Positions 42,801 through 54,800 of a DNA stretch of 64,000 nt are shown piece by piece. Source of the DNA: Amoebophrya sp. A120. Lineage: Eukaryota; Protista; Dinoflagellata. The position numbers were made by a program, and so were the translations under genes. Position 1 is the stretch's first letter. Every line of letters begins with the position of its first letter. The DNA lies in the NCBI GenBank assembly GCA_905178155.1, contig CAJINV010000034.1:1-64000 (forward strand), read 5' to 3'. The notes beneath the pieces are model-generated. The model was given only the letters and a program-made list of their open reading frames with translations, made no database searches and had not been told where the DNA came from.

Positions 42801-45800
42801 TTTCAAAAAATCGACGATCACCGATGCCAGTGCCGACGCGGTAGTAGTCCGGGACTCGACTTTCAACGATATGAACTGCAAAAGTATCGTACTCGTCTTG
42901 CAATCATGCATTACAAATCTTTTTCTTAAGGTAAATCTGCATTACAAATTTCATTTCTCATGCTGAGGAAATTTGTAATGCATTTATATATGCGAGTGCG
43001 ATACTTTTGCAGTTCATAAACGACGACATTCAGCAAAACGTGTTCGTGAAAACACGCGGACGGGCGGTTTTGGTGGAGCAAAAAGCGAGAAATGTGAAAT
43101 TGATCGCAAATAATTTCTTAGGACATATTCTACATCCTCGAACTGCGGAAATAAGGAAAATGAAGGCGGAAGACACGGCCTTGCGGATTTTGGGGAAGTC
43201 ATCAGATTACAGCCCAGAAGCGGTGGTCGAGATCCAGTCGCGGAGAGGTTTAGCGACAGAAGAATTCTACGAGTACGTGACAACCGAGCAGCAAGTCGAC
43301 TCTGATAATGACGGGATTTTGGATACAACCACGACAATCAAGACGATGACGACGTTCTATTCCCCGATAAGTGAAATGCGGCAGAACTACATTGGTGGCT
43401 TATCCTGAGCAAAAACGTCCCCATCCCAGAGTCAAGATGGGGATCTCGCAATACAAATCGAGAAGTTTTATTGGGAGTCAAGCATGACAAGTTTGTCTCT
43501 GTATTGTATGTAGTGAGGTCACCGAACGGTTCTAACCAGGGAGTTTTCTTGACATATACCCTGAAAAACGACCGGCAGTTTTCAAGCGGTCGGAAGCGTT
43601 TTTTGACAAAAAAAAATTTCAATTATCAAGCGGCCCTGGCTGTGTCGGCACCGAATCGCCAGCGGATTCTATCGATCGCCGCTTGGTAAAACGACGCAGA
43701 GAAGCCAGCAAAAGGGGCGCCCTTCTGAGGCGCCCACCGCCTTAGTTTCTGGCGGTCTGGGGCGCCCAAAAAGGAGCGCGAAAAAAACGCGCCCAAAATC
43801 AGAACAGCGAAACAGCATGGCACGGCCACGGTTCCGGAGCATTTTGGGCGGCCGCGAAAGCGGCCGCGTTGTCGCCGGTGTCAGAGCCTGGGAAGGTTTG
43901 CAAAAAGCGCCGGCTAGAAAAATAGAAACGCAAAAAAGCAAAAGCGCGCCAGACGCGCCAAGCCAATCCGCATGCTATGGGCCCGATTTTTCTTCGCTTT
44001 TTGGGCGCCCCCCGTGGCACCCGGATCGGCCCTATAGCATGGGGGCTGGCTTTCGGAAAGGACTATCGGGAATTTGCCAAAATTTGCGACGTTTACCAAG
44101 CGGCCGCCATACCGTGCGGCCTAACGTTACTCGCGGCGGTATGGCGAGGCCAGAAAAAGCAAAGCCGCGGCCAAGGCGACGGCCGGCAAGAAAACGCCCA
44201 CGACCTCACTACCCCCGCCCCGGCGGCTATATTTGGTAGTGCAGTTTAGCAAGTACAGCCGCAACGCAAATCCATTAGCTCATCTTGTTTAGAGCATTAC
44301 AAAGTCCAAAACACGATTGGAAATAATGCTTCTCGTGGGGATGCGCATTACAAACTTTTCTGTGACTGGAAATCTGCATGACAACCCTGGGGTGGGGACG
44401 TTTTTACTTGGGATATGGGTGTTACGACATCGGGATGCAGTACAGGCCGGACAAAACGACAATCTACGATGCGGATAATTTCGACACAGATATCCCTGGT
44501 GCGAAGAGGATCGCGAAGATTGCGAATAACGAGGTGTCTGGCTGTGTGATCGGGTTCTTCTTGCTAAGGCCGTGTGATTTACATGGTGGTGGCCCGAGCT
44601 ACGGGTGCGCGGAAAGGGGGATTCACGAGGCGATATTGCAAGGAAAAATCCCCCCTCCCCATATTGAAAGCAGAGCATTCTGAAAATTTGTGATGCAGAT
44701 TTGTGACCACAGATTGGGTCTGTCTTGCAGATAGGGACAATCAGGCTGCCCGCCACGTTATGCAGGCGCTTTGTAAAAATGCTGTAAGGCCTACAGGGTA
44801 GCCGTCAACCGTGCTAGGCGCCTACACGAGAAGGCCCGTGCCTAGGCGTGGGGTCTCTCTGCGTGCAGTCCTCTACTGCAACACACATTTGATTCGTGTA
44901 GCCAAAGCCGGCATCAGAAATTCACGGCTTGTTTTGATATGGGGAGGAGGGATTTATTTTCCTTTGGATAGGCGAAGGTCGGGAAGCTCTTCGCTTGGCG
45001 GAACAGCCACGTTGGGATTTTCTTCACGGATTTCCCGTCGAGACTCCACTTCGTCAACGTAACTGTATCGGAGAACCACATTGGCGTCACGGGTAGCTTC
45101 CACCGGATGCCGGGGGATCATGACTTAACATCAGATTTATTCACCATGACGAATTGCACGGTGCAAGGGACGGACGAAGATCAGTACTTGGCGTCGTGTC
45201 CGGGTTACACGTACATGATCCAAAACAGCAATACTGCTAAAACTGGATCTTCCTTCGACAACGCTAATTGCTTCAATTACAACTACTTTGACAAACTCGC
45301 GTATCACACAGGAAGAAGGTGGCAAGGCACCACATTTGTCATGCAAAAATAACTACACAAGAAAATTTCTCTTGCATATCTGAAACAGCATGCTATGGGC
45401 GAGCGCGAGCCCCTTGAGCAGTAGATGAGATCTGTCTGTGAATTCATTCTATGCATTACAAACATGCCTAATACCGGCTTTTTTCTGTGTGATATCGCGA
45501 CAAAGTGCACGTCGATGGGAAGACGGTTCCACCGGATGGGCATCTTGCTCCCTACAGTATCGAATCTGGGAAAAACGTGCGAAGACGGCATGGAAGTGAA
45601 CGGGTACAGCAATAAACTACCCGACGGAGGAGCGGCGGCATTAACAACATCCTCCACAACCAGCTTCCGAACTTGCGGCACTGCATCCTCGATGAACAGC
45701 CGAAGACCAAACATCCCGGAGAGGGCGTGTAATTTACCGTATGATTCGCGGTTTGGTCTACGGGGGTCGCGGTTCGCCACGTATTACTTCAAGAATACGT

Positions 45801-48800
45801 ATCTCGATGGATATGGGACTGTGACGGAGGCGAACGTGTTTCACCGCTGCACTTTCAGGAACAACATTGCGGTCAGCTACAACCCATCCGCGATCGACTA
45901 CATTCCCGAGGCGCGTTTTGAGTCGGTGTCGAGGAAAACCGGGACGAGTTTTTTACTGAACAACCAAGCAGATTTGCTTCCTGCGCCAGGAACGTTATGC
46001 GACAGCGAGTACGGGTGTGACGGGCTGAATTCGCTCTTCATTTCCGATTTGGACGGAAGTTTCTTGAACCAGGTCTTCCCTTCTCTGTTGATAACGAAAA
46101 CAAACCAACTCTTCTATCAAAATGAAAAATCCCCCCACCCCACATCAAAACGAAGTCTGTGATGCTGGATTTGCGTACACAAATCAGATTTGTCTTGCTG
46201 GAGAGGACTGCAGGTCCATACCAAGCCTGAGTAGAGAGGTTTTGGACTAGGCTCTTAGCATGAGAAACGTCTGCGCTGTAGGCCCAACAGCATCACAAAC
46301 CGACTGCATAATGCGGCGGAGCCTGTGGAATTCCCTTCTTGCAACACAGAGATGGCATGTGGTCGCAAATCAGCACTGCAAATCTTTTGCGACGGACCTT
46401 TTCGATATCGGGAGGGGGGATTTTTCCTCACAATATTTTCTCGTCCCGATCCGTCGATTCTGGGACGACGTTTTACCAAGATTGCCAGAAGGATGCCGCC
46501 GGGTTCTACTACTGCTTCAACGCGAGAGCCGTCACCGTTTCTTGGGAGTTATGGAATGCAAATATGTCTGGGTCTGGAAGAGTGTACGTTTGTCATGCTT
46601 GTCTGGCATGACTCTTAAATCTGTGAGGTATGAGCAGTAAAAGGGCCTCTTGCCTGTGATGCAAAAACGCAGTTTGTCATGCGGAAAGCGCAACACTAAG
46701 CAGCGCAGACCTTTCTCATGCAAGGCTGTGCATTACAGAGCATTCACTATTCCCAACCAAGCATTACAAGTTTCCAGACTCAGACCTATTTGCATTTGAT
46801 AGGAGTCCGCGGACGAAGGCCAGTGCTGCGGGAACACGAGGAGAGCTTTAGGGTACTTCGTATCAAATGCAAAAGTGTCTGGGTCTGGAAGGATGCAACT
46901 TGTGATCCTGCGTTTGGATTTCAAAAAAATCTGTATTGCATGAGCAGCAAAGGGAGTGTGATTTTTGCTACGGGAAGAGGGCACTTGTCATGCGGAATAG
47001 GCATCCAGAAGCCCTCAAAAAATCTCTGATGCTAGGGCATGCATCACAGACATCATGGCTCATGCAAAACACTTGCATGACAAGTCTCAGAATCTTCCAG
47101 ACCCAGACATTTTTGCATCTGATATTTCGAAACCTACCGCGATCTATCTCTATTAGCGAGCCGAGACAACTACCGGAAAAATTCCATGACGCAAGCCGGG
47201 CCACGGGACTCACTACACGCTTACGCGATGAAGCAGACGCGATTTTTCGGGTCGGGACGGGACGATTTGCCCGCGCTGTGCAGCAGGGAGATTTTGTACG
47301 GAGATTCGGCGTATCCGATGTTGCTGCAAGAGAACAACTACTACAACATCACTTTACTCGAAAAGCCGCCGAAAATGATCCGGTTGATGTGCGACTCCAT
47401 GTCAACTACCACTTCTGGTTCCACTGTGAACCAGAACAGCAATTATTTCATCTTGCGGATGCAATTGCCGATGAAGCAAGATTTGCGGATCTACACGACC
47501 GCGACGGAGTTTTCAACCCAGCCAATCATGAATTCAGATCTGAAATTGGCGAATGGAATCGTGTATCAAATGCAAAAATGTCTGGGTCTGGAAGAATACA
47601 AACTTGTGATGCGCATTTCAGAACACAGAAAAATCTCTCATGCATAGGTAGCAAAAGCTGCCCGCTTTCTGTCACCCGAATGGGGGGTTTGTCATGCGGA
47701 TTCGGCATTGCGGAAGCTTCTCGAAACCTGTGATGCTGGAGCTTCCATGCCAGACCTTCTGTGTCATGCAAAAACAGCATGACTCTTCCAGACCCAGACA
47801 CTTTTGCAATCCATATCGTGCCGAATCCGTTGGAACCCGCGGTGGTTCATGGGTCGTTCAGTGTTGATCCAGTGGCGTATCCTGTGCAAAAGTATCGTAC
47901 TCGTACAAATGCAAGTTTAGCATCACAAATCTTGTTTCCAAGGCAAATCAGCATTACAAATTTTTTTTCTGATGCTGAGGAAATTTGTAATGCATTCATA
48001 CGAGTGCGATGCTTTTACAATCCATATGGCGATGACGCAAACGATCTTGTTCCGGTCGAAGCCGGGAACGGGCCGGTGTCCGACTTTGTACTTGCAGATG
48101 CTGGACGTGGTGGAGGTTCAGATTGTTTTGGATCTAGAACTATGAATTGCATCAAAAGTATGATCGTACTCGTCGTAAAATGCATCACAAATTTCCTCAG
48201 CATGAGAAATATAAATCTGTCATGGGGGTTTGACTTGAGAAAGAAATTTGCATTGCATGACTGCGATTAATAGTACGACTGCGATACGTTTGCGATGCAT
48301 AAGAACTCTCCGAATTCAACTCGCAGAAGCAGTACGATTTGCGGATTTCGTTAGCTACGTTACTCGGGATTGCGTCGACGAGAATCGAGTTTATCGCAAC
48401 GGCGGCGAGGCGGAGGCTGACGTTTGCGGAAATGGATAAAATCGATGCGGAGAAGGAAAAACGGATTCTGTCAATGGACCAGAACGTGCTGGACATGCCG
48501 ATGGATCAGAGTTCTTTTGGCGGTGGTGTTAAGGAGGGTGCTCAGGAGGTAGGTGTTGGTCGTTTGGGGAAGATTGGGACCAGGGGGTCTCAATCGAGAA
48601 CAACTGCGGATGTTGGTGCTACGAGGAGCTTGGGCGGTCACCAGGACGGCGTTCCTGATGGCAGCAGGGCTTCTGGCGGTGATGGTTTAGGGCTGCCAAA
48701 TGGGTTTGGGGAAACGGGTTCACTTCTCGGAGGCGACGATGCAAAACAGTTACAACTCAATTCTGATTCATTCGAAGTCGACAGCAGTGCTGTGCACCGC

Positions 48801-51800
48801 ATGTTGGCGACGAGTTATGAGTGTGCACAACTCGTCCCCCTCCCCCTCTCCTGTAATATTGCGAGGAAAAGCAATACAAACACCAGCACACATGGAGCCT
48901 TTGCATGACAAGGAGGTCATGCGCCACCTAGTGTAGTACTGTTTGAGCTTCCGGACTTTGTCATGCAAACGGTGCCACAAGGACAAGGCAGCAGTTGGAT
49001 TTGATATTTTGCATGACAAATGCGGGTGAGTCTCCTGACCCTTCTGGTCGTCACCATTCCGCCGGTGTCTGTGCTCTCGGGCGCGTCACCCACCTCAGGA
49101 CCTCAGGACCTCAGGTTAAGAGTTTGTCGACGTAATTTACAAAGGGACGCCCTGCCCTTAGTTTCCCAACATGACAAATGCGGGGGGAGGGGAAGTTCTG
49201 CAGTGTCATACGAGTGTCTCGGTCTTGATCAAGGAAGACGCGGAGCAGCCGGTATGCAAGACAAAAACGTATTCTGTCATCACATTGTCAACTTGTCATG
49301 CTATTTTGGAGCTATAAATTCTTTTGCCTTCGTGCCTGAGTTGCATGACAAACCGAAGCTGGTCATGCCGAGCTGTGCTACATGAAGAAGCCTCATGACG
49401 GTGGTCTACTTTTTGTCTTGCATATTCCACATCACTTTCGGACACACCAATTTCGGCGACTACCACTTCTTCTACCACTACAACTTCTTCAACGCTTTCG
49501 GCGAACGAAACAGCACTACTTGAAGACGACGCGGACAACGACACTAACGTTACGACGATTATCACAACCACAACCGCAGCAGCTTCTTCTTCTACCGTGC
49601 AGCAACTCCCTTCGTTTACGAACCTCCAGCAGATTTCCACACAGATCAACAGCGGCGATTTCGTCACGAACTTGACAACCACTTCCGGGATCCAAGTGCA
49701 GCAGATTGCAGCGACGCCGCCGACCCCGGTGCAGCAGTCCACGGCGACGTACGTGTGTGATGCGAACGGGGTGTGCAGCTGTATCAAAGACTACTACGGG
49801 CAAGGGTGCGCGCAGAAGTGTCAATGCACAACGACCGGAACGGTGAAGTGCAACGATGGAATCGACGGGGATGGCAGTTGCGTCTGCAAACCACACTTCG
49901 CGGGCGATCGGTGCGAGAGATGTGGTATTTAAATAAAGTGATCGCGCTTTTAAGCAGTGGGACAGAAATTTTTGTTTCTGTATTTGATTGTTGTAGCTGA
50001 CAGCTTCGGAGTTCAGCGTTTGTCCACTTCTTCGCCCCTCATTCGGACACCTTTCGCCTCGCTTGTTTGGTGTTCGGAGTTATTTGGTAGTACTAGTCAG
50101 AGCTGTTATAGCCCCCTGAATCAAGCAACTATTGGGCAGTAGCAACACAAACTGAAACTGAATCGAACTTCAACATCAACCAAATTTACACCCACGATCA
50201 TCCACCCCCAGGTACCTTCTACTTCGGCAACACGTGTGAGTATCTTGGGCATCCGGGTCTCACTATGGCTGAGGTCAAAGCCTTGTCGATTTCCAATCTT
50301 TACCGCGGCTACACTTGCGGCAACCACGGATCCATTCTCTACGACACAAACGCGTTGACGGGACTAGTTCTCCCTTCCGGCTGCTTCTGCGACGCGGATT
50401 ACTACGGGATGGTGACGTTTCAGTGGCCGTATTCAACCGATTGCGCCGCGTTGGACGCGTTGGGGAACATATTCCACGAAAAATCTGTTTCACTGTGAGG
50501 ATTTTGCAAGAACCGCACCACAAGTTTGCTACACATGACACAGAAAATTTGCCATGCGCGCTTCCCAAGGGAAAACACGCTTGAGAATCCAATATCTTGC
50601 AGGTGTAGCAAGACAAATAGTTCTGTGCTCTATTTTCTGCATCACAAGTTCACAGACACAGCGAAGCAGTTTTTTCTTGCGATGCAACATGCTTTCCGAT
50701 GCGGGTTCCGCAATGCGACCAGATAGTGGGTGTCAAAGGAAAGGTATGACGAGCACAAGCATCCTACTTGAACTAGTAGTTCTTGCAATACAAACTTGAA
50801 TTAGCTTTTAGCATGTTGACATCAAGTGAAACTTGTCATGCTGCTGCAGGTTTGGAAAGAGATTTGTCTTGCATGATTGTGATCACCACGAGTGTGATGC
50901 TTTTGCAGAGGATACAAGGCGGTTTCACCAACGCGAATATCACGGCTGGATCGGTAATCACCACTTATCAAATGCAAAAATGTCTGGGTCTGGAAGCTTG
51001 TGATGCGTGGTGGCGTCTCATGATGAGGCCACAAGTGCTAGCTCAGCATGAAAAGTTTCTGAGCTCCTTCTAGGTGTTGCCTATTCTGCACGACAAACTG
51101 CGTTCCTGCATCACAGAAAAATGGAGCTCTTGGGTAACGTGCGTGACATACTTAAGAGTCATGCCAGACAAGCATGACAAACATGCACTCTTCCAGAACC
51201 AGACATTTTTGCACTTGATACCACTTCTACCGGTACAATAACCGTCGCGACGTACAAGACAACCGATTACCAAATCCGCTGCGAGTACCCGTGCAAGTGC
51301 AACAAAATTGGCACCAGGCATTGCGTCAACGAGCAATTTAACCCGACGACGCAAGGCGCGTGCCTCTGCAACCCAACCTTCCAGGGGACGTTGTGTGAAA
51401 AATGTATCACAAACTACTACGGCAACGCGTGCGACCGATTCTGTTCCGCGGAGCAGACCTGTCAGGGCAGAGGGGTTTGCTCGGAGACGGGGCTCTTATG
51501 AACTGCAAAAGTATCGTATTTGTATAAATGCATTGCAAATTTCCTCAGAATGAGAAATGAAATTTGTTATGCGGATTTACCTCAAGAAAAAGATTTGTAA
51601 TGCATGATTTGCAATACGAGTACCGTACGATGCTTTTGCAATGCACAGCTCTGTATCTGCAGCAACGGGTGGTACGGGGACAACTGTGAGAAACTCACCT
51701 GCATGAGCTGCAACGGCTTCGGATCGAACGGGTTGTTAGGGTGTGAGTCCATCGCCGGGCCAGCCTGCGACTGCGCGACGGACTACTCGGGGAAAACGTG

Positions 51801-54800
51801 TGAATTCCGGGTGGCGTGGCAAATCGGGCCCTGGGGGCTTTTATGCATTACAAAAATGTCTGTGTCTGGAAGATGCCATGCTGTTTCTGCATGACACAGA
51901 AGGTCTGGCATGCCAGCCCTAGCATCATAGATTTCGAGAAGGTTCTGCAATGTTGCCTAATCCGCACGACAAATTCCTCACTTTGGTGACAAGAAGTGGG
52001 CATCTTTTGCTGCCTATGCATGAGAGATTTCTGTGTGTTGTGAAATGCGCATCACAACTTCACATCCTTCCAGACCCAGACATTTTTGCAGTTGATAACT
52101 TTGCACGTATGAAGAGCCAACCCAGAGTTGCGGGAAGGGCACGCAGAACCGGGTGATTGGGTCGCACATGTACAACCATGTGAACGTCACGAACCCGATT
52201 GTGTATGTGCCAACGGTCCCCGCTGGGCTATTGCCGCAATTGTTGAAGAAACCGCTAGTGCAGCAAGAGTGTCAACACCCGTCCAGACCGTCCTGTCACT
52301 GTTTCTTCGCTTTACCAACCGTGGCCAACGGCGCGCCGGCGACAACTTGCGATCCGTTCTACGACGGTGGGTTTTGCCCGCTGATCTTATGCAACAGAAA
52401 ACTGTGTAAGTGTAAATCTGTGATGCAGAAAATGCAAAACAGTTACACTCATCATGCTGGAATTGCGTCATAGGCTACTATCATACGTGTTTCCACATGC
52501 TAGCTGAGCATGACAGCAAAACGAATTTGTGATTCTGCTCTTCTTACAAAGTTACACTTACGCAGTTTTTTATTTACTGGATAGATCTGCAACGACGGAT
52601 ATTCGGTCATCGGCGAGGGCTTTCGGTGTTACAAGGGAGCGCTACAGCAACCCTTGCCCTATTGCGTGGAAAACGCGGAGACGCAGAAGTTCGGGAGTCT
52701 TGGTGCGTTCCAGCAGATATGAAAGTGCACAACAACTCCCCCTCCACCTCATTTGTATAGCATGAACGGCAATACAAGCAGCAGCATCAGCTGCAACGAT
52801 GCCGGTTTTGCATGACAAATTTGCACTGGAGTGCAGTGGTGCTATTTGGGCGACCAGAACTTGTCATGCAAACAGTGCCAAGAAGCAAAGTGTGGATGTG
52901 GTATTTCGCATGACAAATGAGGGGAAGGCGGGGCAGTTGTGCATTGTCATAGCAGACTCTGACGTTCCAGATTTTTGAAGCAGCGGACGAAGCGAAGTGG
53001 GAGGCAGGTTTGAAGTATCAAATGTAAAAATGTCTGGGTCTGGAGAATACAAACTTGTGATGCGCATTTCAGAGCACAGAAAAATCTCTCATGCATAGGC
53101 AGCAAAAGTTTCCACTTTCTGCCACCAAAAGGGGGGATTTGTCATGCGGGTTCGGCATTGTGAACGCTTCTCGAAACCTGTGATGCTAGAGCTTCCATGC
53201 CAGCCCTTCTTTGTCATGCAAAAACAGCATGACTCTTCCAGACCCAGACACTTTTGCATTTGATATGAAGGTAGCGATTCCAGTAGTTTTAAGTCAGATG
53301 ACGGGAGTGGACGTGGAGGATATTCTGGTGCCGACAGTGGACGACGGGAACGTTTTTAATAGGAGGAAAGCGAGCACGAAAACGGCTTTTTCATCCTCCA
53401 CAGCTGCCCAGAATCTACTCTCTGCACCAGGAGATGAACCAGAAAGTGCTGCAGAACTTCTTCTGCACGAGGAACAGTCCACAGCTTTAGCAATAGTTCC
53501 AGCAGCGACAACACCGGACCAAAAGAAACGCAAGCTTTCTCTTTCCAACGCCACCCCGTTTGTCGTCGTCTACCAAGTGAAAATCCGAGACACTACCCGG
53601 CAGGTCGCGATCCAGTTCTATTTGAGCTCCATCGCGAGTAACCCCAACGCGGCGTTCACGACGAATCTCGCAGCGGAATTAGTCAACCACGGCATCCCCA
53701 ATGCCGTCGCGGATCTGGCGGTCGGGTTTCTGATCACCATGCCGCAAGAAGCGCAGGTGTTCGAAATTGCGGTTACCACCACAATATGCATTACAAAAGT
53801 GTCTCGGTCTGGAAGGTTGCAACTTGTGATGCTGTCGCTGGGTGCTAGAAAAATAAAAATTTGTGTTGCATGACCACCAAGAGGAGACCAGTTTGTGCTA
53901 CGCGGAGCGGGCGTTTGTCATGCGGAATAGGCAGCAGCAAGCCCGAAAAAAATATGTGATGCGTGGTCATGCATTACAGGCATCATGGGACATGCAGAAT
54001 ATGCATGACAAACCTGGCAATCTCCAGGACCCAGACATATTTGCAATGCATATCCAACAACATCAACCACTACAATCACCGTAACAACAACGCAAGGAGC
54101 TGCGGCGGAAACCACAGCGGAATCAAAAACGGACTTCTTCTCCTCCGGTTTATTCTTTGGGCTAATTGGCGCCGCGTCGGCAATTTTTGTCGGTGTAGTC
54201 GGGTTTTTGATTTACAAGTATATCTATTTAGCGCATTTGGAGAAGAAACAACAGAAATATTTGGAAGAGAAGGAGAAGGAAAGAGTGGAAGACCAGAAGC
54301 AAGTGCACAGGAGAGAAGGCAGGGTCGTGACGAAGGGCGCGGACATCTTGTTACCCAATGTTGCGGATCGGGAATACGAGGACGGTTCGCATATGGATTA
54401 CAAATATGTCTGGGTCTGGAGGGATGCAACTTGTGATGCTATCTTAGGACTCGAGAAAAATCTGTATTGCATGACAGACACAAGGCGGAGTCCAGTTTGT
54501 GCTACGCGGAGAGGGTCTTTGTCATGCGGATTAGGGATCAGGAAGCCTTCTAAAAATCTGTGACACTAGGTCATGCATTAAAAACGTCATGGGTCATGCA
54601 AAATATGCATGACAAACCTGGCAACCTTCCAGACCCAGACATATTTGCATTTGATATCGCAGTATTGGGGCACAATGAACGCGAAAAACCTAAAGCATGG
54701 TACTTATTTTATGCGCATGAATGTTGATAGATTTTGTCCTGGGATTTCTGAAAGACTTCACTTCTGCGGCTTTTGGCCTTCCGCCCGTTTGTCTAATTTT

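Larger units (their letters stand above)
41947..48400 (+). other. PKHD1L1/CEMIP-like beta-helix region
   Basis: LDKPLDYSHAAG...ARVALLSRNLKV; CDGLNSLFISDLDGSFL; LATLLGIASTRIEF resemble fibrocystin-L motifs. Confidence 0.6.
49755..52665 (+). other. EGF/laminin-EGF repeats, TSP1 repeat and sushi-like domain
   Basis: CSCIKDYYGQGC, CVCKPHFAGDRCERC, CLCNPTFQGTLCEKC, CICSNGWYGDNC; WQIGPWGLC...SCGKGTQNR; CPLICNDGYSVIG...C...LPYC. Confidence 0.75.
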
